From a virus, in the IMG/VR virus record IMGVR_UViG_3300037070_001066, positions 1 to 64,000 of that record: DNA of 64,000 bases; one strand, 5' to 3'. Under the pieces are notes generated by a model. It was not told where the DNA came from. It searched no databases and was given only the letters and a program-made list of their open reading frames with translations. Below, piece after piece: positions 29,552 through 38,969 of the stretch. Position 1 is the stretch's first letter. Each line of letters begins with the position of its first letter. Both the position numbers and the translations under genes were made by a program.

Positions 29552-31243
29552 ATGAGTGATTTAAATCCGATGTTGTTTGTCGACAGTTACAAACTTCATC
29601 ACAAGCCTATGTATCCAAATGGTATGGTAAAACTATATTCTAACGGAACACCTAGAGCTAGTAGAATGCCAGGAGTTAAAGAAGTAGTTGTGTTTACAAT
29701 GCAACATACTATTAGAGAGTATCTTATTGAGAAATTTAATAAAAACTTCTTTATGACCGAAGAGAGAGAACGATGTTTAAACCAATCATGGGCTCTTGAG
29801 GCTTTAAAAGGAAAGATGGTTGCAGACTACAAACGTCACTGTCCTGTCGATACTAAACACATCGAAGATTTATGGGACTTAGGATATCTTCCTATTGAGA
29901 TTAAAGCTCTTGAAGAAGGCACATTATGTCCAATTGGAGTTCCAGTATTCACGATTACAAACACTCATCCTAGTTTTGCTTGGTTAGTGAATTATTTGGA
30001 AACTTTAATTTCCTGTTGTATTTGGCAAGGTATGACCTCAGCTACAATCACTCATGAGTATAAGAAAATATTAACCAAACACGCTTTAGAATCAGATGAA
30101 GAAAACGTCGAATTCGTTAACTGGCAAGCTCATGACTTTAGCATGCGTGGCATGTCTAGTGTCGAATCTGCTATTACTTCTGGAATGGGTCATTTGCTAT
30201 CAGTCACAGGCAGCGACAATATACCAGCAATCTACCAACTTGAGAAGAGTTATTCAGGTTCTGGGCTTATTGGAGCTTCTATTCCTGCTACTGAGCATTC
30301 TGTCATGTGCATGGGTAATAAAGAGAATGAGGTAGATACATTTAGACGTCTTCTAACTTTATATCCTGAAGGAAACTTAGCAATAGTTTCAGACACTTGG
30401 GACTTATGGGATGTAGCAGAATTCTATTTACCTGTATTGAGAGATTTAATTATGTCTCGTAATGGTAAGTTAGTAATACGTCCTGATTCAGGTAATCCTG
30501 CAGATATTCTATGTGGATTAGATTATGAAGAGATTGATCATCGTGATGAAGTTTACTTAATAGACGACCCTAAAGTTGTATATGTAAGAAACGAAGATGC
30601 TTTCTTTAGAGTTAAAAAGATAGAAAAATCTGGAACTTTTGATTACGTTTATTCAGAAGTTAGAGAAGCAGAGGTTAAAGGGCTCGTACAGCTACTTTGG
30701 GACGCATTTGCGGGCACAACTAATACTCAAGGGTATAAAGTATTAGATTCACATATTGGAGCGATCTACGGCGATTCTATTACGTTGGCACGTGCTGAAG
30801 AAATCTGTACTAGACTTAGAGAAAATGGCTTTGCATCTACAAATGTTGTACTTGGTATTGGAAGTTATACTTACCAATATAATACAAGAGATACTTTTGG
30901 ATTTGCTATCAAAGCTACATATGGTGAGGTAATGAGTTCAGATGGTACTTGCACTTGTGAGAATACTTCGTCATGTGAATGTGGTAAGATTGATAGAAGA
31001 GAAATCTACAAAGATCCTATTACTGACGATGGTACTAAGAAATCTAAGAGAGGCTTGTTAAGAGTAGACATGGAAGACGGTAAAATCGTTTGCTATGAAA
31101 GCCAAACTCCTTTCGAAGAGACTCAAGGTTTACTACAAACTGTATTCAAAGATGGCAAGTTATATAACCAAACCACTCTAGAGAGAATTCGAGAAAAACT
31201 TAAATCACAATTTCATGTTGAGCCAGCGGGATCAGGACGATAA
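29552..31243 (+). CDS. Nicotinamide phosphoribosyltransferase-like enzyme (Nampt/NadV family; Namat-like in this context)
   Basis: DSYKLHH, HDFSMRG, PATEHSVM, VSDTWD, VIRPDSG, IYGDSI, GIGSYTYQ, RDTFGFAIKAT, KKSKRG. Confidence 0.92.
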   Translation: MSDLNPMLFVDSYKLHHKPMYPNGMVKLYSNGTPRASRMPGVKEVVVFTMQHTIREYLIEKFNKNFFMTEERERCLNQSWALEALKGKMVADYKRHCPVDTKHIEDLWDLGYLPIEIKALEEGTLCPIGVPVFTITNTHPSFAWLVNYLETLISCCIWQGMTSATITHEYKKILTKHALESDEENVEFVNWQAHDFSMRGMSSVESAITSGMGHLLSVTGSDNIPAIYQLEKSYSGSGLIGASIPATEHSVMCMGNKENEVDTFRRLLTLYPEGNLAIVSDTWDLWDVAEFYLPVLRDLIMSRNGKLVIRPDSGNPADILCGLDYEEIDHRDEVYLIDDPKVVYVRNEDAFFRVKKIEKSGTFDYVYSEVREAEVKGLVQLLWDAFAGTTNTQGYKVLDSHIGAIYGDSITLARAEEICTRLRENGFASTNVVLGIGSYTYQYNTRDTFGFAIKATYGEVMSSDGTCTCENTSSCECGKIDRREIYKDPITDDGTKKSKRGLLRVDMEDGKIVCYESQTPFEETQGLLQTVFKDGKLYNQTTLERIREKLKSQFHVEPAGSGR

Positions 31244-31334
31244 TCCTAGAAGCCCAGGCTTTACAGGTTGCCCTAAATGTGAAAAACCAAAAGGGCTTTG
31301 TACGTGTAAACCAAAAACAGGAAAAAAATGCTAA
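31215..31334 (+). CDS. Putative 39-aa zinc-binding micro-protein (not in ORF track)
   Basis: MLSQRDQDDNPRSPGFTGCPKCEKPKGLCTCKPKTGKKC; overlaps both flanking genes. Confidence 0.45.
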   Translation: MLSQRDQDDNPRSPGFTGCPKCEKPKGLCTCKPKTGKKC

Positions 31335-32209
31335 GTCTAAATTTAACTAACCAAGAAACGTCTGACATCCATTTTAAAATTTATAATTTTCCAGATGGAC
31401 AAAGACAAGTAAAGATAGAGTCGCCTGTAAAGGCGCTCTACTCTTTCAAAGAAACTCCTGTTACTATAATGTCTAGAATGAATAACTTTCAAGATCTTGA
31501 ATTGATTATTTGTTCAGTTAAATCATTGAGAGGATTAGGATTTAAAGAGTTAAATCTTTATTGTCCACTTTTCCTTGGTTCAAGAAGTGATAGAGTTTTC
31601 GAACCTGGTACAAATAACTATCTTAAAGATGTTATATGTCCAATTATAAACTCATTAGAGTTTGAATCTGTTATTGTAGTAGATCCTCATTCAGATGTCT
31701 TAGAAGCATGTTTAAATAACTTTAAAAAGATTAGCAATCTCGCTTTAGTTGAATTTGCTTTAAAAGACTTTAAAGATGAAGACTTTACATTAGTATCGCC
31801 TGATGCAGGAGCATTAAAAAAAGTCTTTAATATTGCTGAAAAGATTAAATACGAAGGCAGTATTTTAACTTGTACTAAAACAAGAGATGAACACGGGAAA
31901 CTCTCAAACTTAAATATCCCTCTAAATTATGAACATGTATGCAAACCCATAATTATCATTGATGATATATGTGATGGTGGAGCTACATTTGCTAGAATCG
32001 GTAGGGCTATATATGGTTATAGAGTTGCAACTGGAGCTGATTCAAAAACATTTGGAAAAGTTTCCTTAATTATCACGCATGGAATGTTTAATAATGGATT
32101 CGCTGAATTAGCTAGATATTTTAATTCTATGTATACAACGAATAGTTATAAAAACATAAATAAAGCTTTCTTGACTGCGCATAAAATTAAACAGTTAGAT
32201 GTATTTTAA
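31328..32209 (+). CDS. PRPP synthetase-like enzyme (Prs family; Adps-like in this context)
   Basis: FPDGQ, SRSDR, VDPHS, VSPDAGA, IIDDICDGGAT, ITHGMF. Confidence 0.9.
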   Translation: MLSLNLTNQETSDIHFKIYNFPDGQRQVKIESPVKALYSFKETPVTIMSRMNNFQDLELIICSVKSLRGLGFKELNLYCPLFLGSRSDRVFEPGTNNYLKDVICPIINSLEFESVIVVDPHSDVLEACLNNFKKISNLALVEFALKDFKDEDFTLVSPDAGALKKVFNIAEKIKYEGSILTCTKTRDEHGKLSNLNIPLNYEHVCKPIIIIDDICDGGATFARIGRAIYGYRVATGADSKTFGKVSLIITHGMFNNGFAELARYFNSMYTTNSYKNINKAFLTAHKIKQLDVF

Positions 32210-32843
32210 TGAATGGAAACACTAGAAAAGTTGCTCGTACGGGGTCCATAATGGTCAGGATCAATAATAAGTTTTATGAAGTTCCAGATAATGTTTTATT
32301 ATTTAAATCTCATGATGGAAAAGATATCTATCTTTCTGGTGTAAAAAATGATTCTAAAAATGATTTTAGAAAAGACTGGGTTGGAATTGTTAAATTTATT
32401 GAAGATGATAAATTTGAAAACGTTCCTTTGGCGTTATTAGAAAAGTTTATGGATGAACCATATAAGAAATTTGTTATAGATGATGAGGAATATGATATCC
32501 CTTTGCATCTATCAGATGATTGTAGACAAAAGATTTCCAAAATATCTAAGTATGTACCAAGAATTTTAAGAGAATTAAAAGAATCTTACAAAGATTTTCT
32601 ATTTAAAAGTAATTAAAATAAACGTATATGTCTAAAAAGTTGTATTCACAAATGGCCATGGCTATAGATTTAGTTTCGTTTGAATATAGAACAGGTAATC
32701 CAATTATACTTGCTGAAAAGATACATCAAGATTTAGGTATAGATTACTCTATTCACCAAATTTCTGATTACCTAGACATCAATAGAATTGATGATTACGA
32801 AAAACAGTCAAAACAAATAGAGTATGAATTCAAAAACATTTAA
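32209..32843 (+). other. Hypothetical proteins 32209-32616 and 32628-32843 (small HTH-like)
   Basis: ORF track. Confidence 0.5.
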
Positions 32844-32845
32844 AA

Positions 32846-33586
32846 ATGGCAAACTTTATAATAAAGATTCTTGAAAAAAACAGAGAACATGTTGAATCAC
32901 TTAAAGACTCAGTAGTATCACGCAATGGCTTTTTCTTAAACGAATGGGCTTATGATAATTTGGGTATTATAGTAGCGCTATACACTGTCTTCGTTTTAAT
33001 ATTTATTGCGTTATTTGCAATATTTATGTTACCTATATCAATAGTTATGATATCTATAAATGCTTGTTACAAAGGATTTAAGGCAATAAGAGGATCATAT
33101 TACTTTTATAGGAAACACATACGAGAATCAATAAAGGAATATGAAGCTTCTCTTAACAAGAAGAATACATATTTTCTATGCGATAAAGGGGATCTAAATG
33201 ATTGGACATGTATTGTCCTAGAATCACAATTAGAAGAATTCCTTATCAAGTTCTTTAACCACTATAATTCTACATATGACACTTATGAAATGAACACTAA
33301 TGAGTGTGTGTGTACTAGATATAGAAGGAGAAGCATAGGAGATCTTTATTTAATTTGCAAGAGTTATTTTCCAGACACTAATCTCGATGAAGTTATCATA
33401 TGCTTAATTAAGCTAGTTAATGACAACGTGATAGCTGTTTCTAAATGTAGCGATATAAAGAGATACGTCTTTGTTAAGAAAGATACTTATACAGGAAATT
33501 ATCAAAACAAGGAAGTAGAATTTATAAGCGGCGTTAACTTTGAACAATTAACTGCGTATTATGAACGAAACGGAAGAATGTCCTAA
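32846..33586 (+). CDS. Membrane-anchored member of the paralogous C..RSxDD family (member 3)
   Basis: Long hydrophobic segment at aa ~38-73; CVCTRYRRRSIGDLYLICKSYFP...CSDIKRYVF. Confidence 0.6.
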   Translation: MANFIIKILEKNREHVESLKDSVVSRNGFFLNEWAYDNLGIIVALYTVFVLIFIALFAIFMLPISIVMISINACYKGFKAIRGSYYFYRKHIRESIKEYEASLNKKNTYFLCDKGDLNDWTCIVLESQLEEFLIKFFNHYNSTYDTYEMNTNECVCTRYRRRSIGDLYLICKSYFPDTNLDEVIICLIKLVNDNVIAVSKCSDIKRYVFVKKDTYTGNYQNKEVEFISGVNFEQLTAYYERNGRMS

Positions 33587-33746
33587 ATGCTTTGGTTCTA
33601 CGGAAACTATGGAAGCCAAAGAAACTAAGGGGTTTGAATACAATAAATGCAGTCTGTGTAAAGGAGAAGGTGTTGTTTTAGCTGAAATAGCTGAAGACTT
33701 CATATTTTCAATCACAGAAGATAATTTTAATGATGAAACAATTTGA
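33561..33746 (+). CDS. Small DnaJ-type zinc-finger protein
   Basis: CPKCFGS...CSLCKGEG. Confidence 0.55.
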   Translation: MNETEECPKCFGSTETMEAKETKGFEYNKCSLCKGEGVVLAEIAEDFIFSITEDNFNDETI

Positions 33747-33749
33747 CAC

Positions 33750-34148
33750 ATGGAAAGAAACAATTTAATAGCAGTTTACGGTACATTACGAAAGGGATGC
33801 GGAAATCACAGTCATTTTTTAAGAAATGCTGATTTTAAAGGAGAGTTTTCTACTGAACCAGTTTACAGTTTATATAGCTTAGGAGGTTTTCCTGGGTTAA
33901 AGGCTAATGGCAATACGTCTGTTAAGATGGAAGTATATGCAGTTAATGATGATGAAGCAGATACTGTAGATTCATTGGAGGGATATTCTAAAAATAGAAC
34001 TCCTCACTTTTATGATAAAGAGGAAATCGAGACTCCTTGGGGAACAGCTAGTGTATACACTTATGTTAGAGATGTGAATGAAGATTCATTTATTCCAACT
34101 GGTGACTGGCTTAACAGGGTAGTTATGGAGCCTGTTTATCGTTTTTAA
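33750..34148 (+). CDS. Gamma-glutamylcyclotransferase (GGACT/AIG2-like)
   Basis: AVYGTLRKG, FPGL, EVY, DSLEGY, YTY, GDW. Confidence 0.85.
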   Translation: MERNNLIAVYGTLRKGCGNHSHFLRNADFKGEFSTEPVYSLYSLGGFPGLKANGNTSVKMEVYAVNDDEADTVDSLEGYSKNRTPHFYDKEEIETPWGTASVYTYVRDVNEDSFIPTGDWLNRVVMEPVYRF

Positions 34149-34159
34149 TATTATTCACA

Positions 34160-34738
34160 ATGAACATAAACTCTTTTGTTTTAGACTTTAGTCTATTAGA
34201 GGAGCAAAATCTTTCTGTAGAAGAGTTCATTGCATTGATAAGTTTGGTTAATGGAGTTGAATATCCTAATCAATACCTATCATTGCAATCAAAACAATTT
34301 GTCAAGATAACAGAAGACAATGAAATAATATTAAGGGAAAAAGGAAAATTGTTTGTTGAATTAGTTTCAATAGATAAGGTTAGCTCTAGTGGCAAAAAAA
34401 AGATATCTAAGCCTGTTGTAGTGGATGGTTTTGATGAGTTTATATTTGAATATAGATTGCAATGGAAAGGAAGGAAAGCTGGAAGTATGGGATCATTGTC
34501 TAGTTGTAAAGAGAAAATGATTCGTTGGATGGAAGAAAATCCTACATACACTAAAGAAGAGATCCTTAAAGCCGCAAAACTATATCTAAACACATTAGAA
34601 AATATACGTTATCTTCAAAGAGCTGACTTTTTCATCTTCAAGAAGGATGAGAATAAGGAAGAAAGCTCAAGATTAAGTGCATTCATTGAGGAAATAGATG
34701 AAAGACCCGTAGAAGATTGGACTAACATATTATTGTAG
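34160..34738 (+). CDS. Putative replication initiator / helicase-loader-like protein
   Basis: N-terminal wHTH-like part; C-terminal FDEF...W...EILKAAKLY...YLQRADFFI like phage replication-organiser domains; upstream of helicase. Confidence 0.45.
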   Translation: MNINSFVLDFSLLEEQNLSVEEFIALISLVNGVEYPNQYLSLQSKQFVKITEDNEIILREKGKLFVELVSIDKVSSSGKKKISKPVVVDGFDEFIFEYRLQWKGRKAGSMGSLSSCKEKMIRWMEENPTYTKEEILKAAKLYLNTLENIRYLQRADFFIFKKDENKEESSRLSAFIEEIDERPVEDWTNILL

Positions 34739-34743
34739 TTTTA

Positions 34744-34775
34744 TTAGGAAAAATCAATTATTTTTCGTATATTTG
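34744..34775 (+). promoter_or_regulatory. Bacteroidota-type promoter for the homing endonuclease
   Basis: TATATTTG 34768-34775 with TTAG at the -33 position. Confidence 0.5.
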
Positions 34776-34791
34776 TATAAAATTTATACAA

Positions 34792-35382
34792 ATGATAGGA
34801 ATATATAAAATTACATCTCCATCAAATAAAATATACATTGGTCAAAGTACGGATATTGAAAAAAGATTTAGTCAATATTTAAAGTTAAATTGTAAATTTC
34901 AAAAAAGATTGTTCAATTCATTTACCAAATATGGTGTTGAAAACCATAAATTTGAAATATTGACATTGTGTTATGAAGAACAATTAAGTATATTTGAACG
35001 AGATTTTCAAGAAGCTTATGATGTTATTGGTAAAAATGGATTAAATTGTATATTAACAAATACAAGTTCATTAAAAAAGATTTTATCTGAAGAAACTAGG
35101 ATAAAAATGTCTAATTCTAGAATTGGTTTTAAATTTTCTGATGAATCTAAACTTAAAATGAGTATAGCTAAAAAAGGAAGAAAAAGAACTGAAAAAGAGT
35201 TGAAATCTTACGAGTTATATCATAGTTCTAAATCTAAACCAATAATTTGTACTAAAACAAATAAAGAATGGTATTCTTTAAGAAAATGTGCTAAAGAGCA
35301 TGGAATTTCAAAAAGCATATTAAGTAATTATTTGAATGGTAAAAATCCTAATAAAACAACATTGATTTATAAAAATTCTTAA
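34792..35382 (+). mobile_element. Free-standing GIY-YIG homing endonuclease with NUMOD-like DNA-binding repeats
   Basis: IGIYKITSPSNKIYIGQS...R...E...N; SEETRIKMS, SDESKLKMS; C-terminal HTH; more AT-rich than flanks. Confidence 0.85.
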
Positions 35383-35389
35383 AAGAACA

Positions 35390-35815
35390 ATGGAAAAAAC
35401 AAACCTAATCTACGTTAGACTTGGTGATATTCCTGCCACAAAAACACGTAAGGGATTCATTAAGAAACTTTTAACTTCAAAAGGTGTATTGACTTATTTA
35501 GATGAGGATTGTTCAAAATTGCAATGTGCTAAAAAGGGAGCTTTTAGGAGTGTTAGCGAGTTGCATTTAATTGTACGTTCTCGTTTTAAGTTTACATCAT
35601 TGGAAGCTTTATTGAAGATTTTGAAAGAAATCATTGATGAAGAAAAATGTGTTGCATTAATTTGGTGTACACAAATTCACAAAGTAGTTGTTAAGTATCA
35701 AGAAAACACACCCAAAGAGTATATTACTCAATATAGTAAAAGTAATCACTATGAATCAAAAGGGGTAGATGGTTGGTCACTTAAAGATTACGAAGAAATT
35801 ATTAACAAATTGTAG
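35390..35815 (+). CDS. Paralogous C..RSxDD family protein (member 4)
   Basis: TYLDEDCSKLQCAKKGAFRSVSELHLIVRSRF...WCTQIHKVVV. Confidence 0.6.
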   Translation: MEKTNLIYVRLGDIPATKTRKGFIKKLLTSKGVLTYLDEDCSKLQCAKKGAFRSVSELHLIVRSRFKFTSLEALLKILKEIIDEEKCVALIWCTQIHKVVVKYQENTPKEYITQYSKSNHYESKGVDGWSLKDYEEIINKL

Positions 35816-35891
35816 GATATTCATAAAAACAATATCAAACAATAAGAACCGACTAAATAGAGTATCTTATGATTAAATCTAGCAAATTTAA

Positions 35892-36998
35892 TTGGAGAAA
35901 CAAAGTTTATTTGAAAGAACATTTAATAGAATTTCAGAACGTAGACAGCGTGTTTTAGATGGTAAGATAAATTGTATCCCATGGAATTTGCCTAGATTTG
36001 AAGAATCTTGTCCAGGTATTGAACAAGGTAAATACTATTTAGTATCTGCAAATCAAAAAGTAGGTAAAACACAGATAACTGACTGGTTGTTTGTGTATAA
36101 CCCTATTCAACAGATACTAGATGGAAATTTAAACATCAAACTTAAAATCTTCTATTTCTCTTTAGAGATGTCTAAAGAAGAGAAAATGCTGTCTTGTTTT
36201 GCAAATATATTGTATGTTAAAGAAGGCATTAGAGTGAGTCCTATCGACTTAAAATCTACGAGGGCAAGTAATGTCCTTTCTGCGGAGATCTTGTCTGTAA
36301 TCGAACGTTACAGGCCTTATTTCGAACGTATAGAGGAGACCGTCGAGTTCATTGATGATATACGCCATGGTTTTGGTATGTATAACCTAGTTAGAGAGTA
36401 TGCTTTAGCTAATGGAACTATACATACAAGAAAGATAGAGATAGACGGAAAAGTTACAGAAGTAGAGGATTATTATGAATCTAATGATCCTGACGAATAT
36501 GTAATGATCTTAATTGACCACATCAGTCTAATATCACCAGAAAAAAGAAATGGTTTACAACTAACTTTACATGAAAGTATATCTTCATTATCAGCAGACT
36601 ATTTAATTAAGCTTAGAAATAGGTTTAACTATATACCTGTAGTAATTCAACAACAAAGTGCTTCCCAAGAGGGTATTGAGAACAAAAAGGCTAACAAGCT
36701 TAAGCCAACAATGGACGGGTTAGGAGACAATAAGCTAACTGGTAGAGATCCAAATGTAATGTTAGGGTTGTTTAGTCCATTTAGACATGAAATCCCTGAT
36801 TATTTTGGATATGATATTACCCAATTCAAGGATAATATTAGGTTCTTAGAAATTATGGGCTCTCGTGACGGTGGTGCTGGTGCAATTTGTCCATTATATT
36901 TTGATGGAGCTACCAATTATTTTAGAGAATTGCCAAGACCTGAAGATAAAGAACAGTTAATGAGAGTGTATGATTTTTTAAAAACAATGAAAAAATGA
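35892..36998 (+). CDS. DnaB-like (SF4) replicative helicase
   Basis: ANQKVGKT, FSLEMS, ILIDHISL, VIQQQS, GRDPN, SRDG. Confidence 0.8.
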   Translation: MEKQSLFERTFNRISERRQRVLDGKINCIPWNLPRFEESCPGIEQGKYYLVSANQKVGKTQITDWLFVYNPIQQILDGNLNIKLKIFYFSLEMSKEEKMLSCFANILYVKEGIRVSPIDLKSTRASNVLSAEILSVIERYRPYFERIEETVEFIDDIRHGFGMYNLVREYALANGTIHTRKIEIDGKVTEVEDYYESNDPDEYVMILIDHISLISPEKRNGLQLTLHESISSLSADYLIKLRNRFNYIPVVIQQQSASQEGIENKKANKLKPTMDGLGDNKLTGRDPNVMLGLFSPFRHEIPDYFGYDITQFKDNIRFLEIMGSRDGGAGAICPLYFDGATNYFRELPRPEDKEQLMRVYDFLKTMKK

Positions 36999-37558
36999 GA
37001 AAAACTTATGAATGGGGAAAAGCTAATTACCAAATTTTATTAAAAGAGAAGATTGTTCTTGATTGTAAGAGAGGTGTAGCTTGTTTTTCTGACTTTATGT
37101 CAAGAGGTAGCATAGAATCTTATGATACCATAAAAATCTATAACATTGATTCTGAGCCTACAGTAGATTATAAAAACTTTTTTCTACAATACGTAATTGA
37201 CATGTATGGATTAACAGGTTCTTTTGATGATGATCACTTTGAGTTTAAATCACTCGGTCACAAAATTAAAGATGTTTTAGTTATGTCTACAGTTAGGTTA
37301 TTGTGGGAGAACTTAGGTAGTATGACGCCTCATGTTGATACTGCTAATTTACTATTTAAAAGGTTAAGAGACGATGAGTGTCCTCATGAAGATAAACTTG
37401 AAAGATTTTGTTATTTTTACAAAGCATTAGATAATCATAAAGGTTATTTCTCTGATGGACATTCTTGGCCTCCTAAAAATACATTAATAAAATCCTGCAA
37501 GGACTTTAAGACACGTGTTGATTGGCCGTCTGTTAATGGATTTTTTACAAGAATTTAA
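36995..37558 (+). CDS. Hypothetical protein
   Basis: 187-aa ORF coupled to helicase. Confidence 0.55.
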   Translation: MRKTYEWGKANYQILLKEKIVLDCKRGVACFSDFMSRGSIESYDTIKIYNIDSEPTVDYKNFFLQYVIDMYGLTGSFDDDHFEFKSLGHKIKDVLVMSTVRLLWENLGSMTPHVDTANLLFKRLRDDECPHEDKLERFCYFYKALDNHKGYFSDGHSWPPKNTLIKSCKDFKTRVDWPSVNGFFTRI

Positions 37559-37572
37559 CAAAACTAAAGGTA

Positions 37573-38043
37573 ATGAAAAAGAGCGATGTAAAGGATTTTG
37601 ACACATTAGAAGAATATTACGATAAAGTTAGGAAGATTAAGTTTGATGATAACGTTCAGATTGAATCTTTGGACGATATATACAATAACTTGTTTACACT
37701 ACACAGAGTTGGGTTTTCTCAACGACCAACATTCTTCTCCAGAGGCAAGCTACAATGTTCTTCTGGAAGATTTCGTAGTATAGATGACTTCGTAAAACTT
37801 GTTAAAAAGTACTTCCCTGACAAAACACTAAAAGAAATATTTCAATACTTGAAAGATAAAGAAGATACATTTAAAAAAGATGATCTTATTCAAAGTTTCA
37901 GATATTGTGGAACTATTAGGAAATATAATTTCAGCGGCTTAATACCTTCAAGATATTCTCAGCATATGGAAATTGAGAAGTATAGACTAAGAGATTTAAA
38001 TCCTAATTTAGGAGTTGCCACAGTAGCTGATCTTTTAACTTAA
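37573..38043 (+). CDS. Paralogous C..RSxDD family protein (member 5)
   Basis: TFFSRGKLQCSSGRFRSIDDFVKLVKKYFP...YCGTIRKYNF. Confidence 0.65.
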   Translation: MKKSDVKDFDTLEEYYDKVRKIKFDDNVQIESLDDIYNNLFTLHRVGFSQRPTFFSRGKLQCSSGRFRSIDDFVKLVKKYFPDKTLKEIFQYLKDKEDTFKKDDLIQSFRYCGTIRKYNFSGLIPSRYSQHMEIEKYRLRDLNPNLGVATVADLLT

Positions 38044-38064
38044 TAGTGGTCGGTATGGGTCGGA

Positions 38065-38838
38065 ATGATGATGATGATTGAATTACCAATTAAAAAGCAA
38101 GATCCTGTTCAGATTAATCCTAAAAAATTAATATTGTTCAGTCAGCCTAAAACAGGCAAAACAGAAGCACTAAGCAGACTTGAGGGTAATCTTATATTAG
38201 ACCTTGAAGATGGAGCTGGATATGTATCTGGGTTAGTTATAAACGTATTGGACGTTGCTAGAAAGAATAAAGTTAAGCCTATTGGCGCTTTAAAATCTAT
38301 TATTGAGGAAATCAGTGAAGCAAACGAATTAGTAGAAGGTTACGCTTATAAATATATAACTATAGATACAATATCTGCTCTTGAGGATTATTATGCGCCA
38401 GATTTGGCATTGGGGATGTATAAGGCTACTCCTATAGGGCGTAATTATCAAGGAGACAATATATTAGATTTGCCACAAGGAGCTGGATGGGCTATCTTAA
38501 GGAATGCAATTCTGATTATTATAGCAGAACTAGAAGCTTTATGCGAAACATTAATTATATCAGGTCATACTAAAGACAAACTCGTAGAGTTCAATGGAAA
38601 AGAAATGAATCAACGTGGACTAGATTTGTCAGGTAAAACACCAGGTATACTTTGTTCGAAATCAGATGCAATTGCATATTTGTACCGTAAGGACAATCAA
38701 ACTATAGCAAACTTTCAGTCTGCAGAAACATTGATTGTAGGCGCAAGAAGTAAGCATTTGAAAAATAGAGAGATAGTTATCTTAGAATCAGATGAAGAAG
38801 GAAACTTCACGTCCCATTGGGATAAGATTTTCCTATAA
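38065..38838 (+). CDS. AAA_24 / Sak4-like P-loop ATPase (recombination)
   Basis: SQPKTGKT, LDLEDG, TIDTIS, GAGW, ISGH. Confidence 0.8.
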   Translation: MMMMIELPIKKQDPVQINPKKLILFSQPKTGKTEALSRLEGNLILDLEDGAGYVSGLVINVLDVARKNKVKPIGALKSIIEEISEANELVEGYAYKYITIDTISALEDYYAPDLALGMYKATPIGRNYQGDNILDLPQGAGWAILRNAILIIIAELEALCETLIISGHTKDKLVEFNGKEMNQRGLDLSGKTPGILCSKSDAIAYLYRKDNQTIANFQSAETLIVGARSKHLKNREIVILESDEEGNFTSHWDKIFL

Positions 38839-38969
38839 TATGTGCCCCTGATCAGGGATCGTAAGCATGGTAAAGCCTCTTGCGTAAGCAATGTAACCAT
38901 CTAAGATCGTAAGCTTAGCGCATTGGAGCCATGCGGCTTAGTAGGTTCCTCTAAACCTTAAAACGAGAG

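Noticed and set aside
34792-35382. Group I intron around the GIY-YIG gene
   Set aside because: Flanking genes appear complete and the flanks are too short (53 and 7 nt) to hold an intron core
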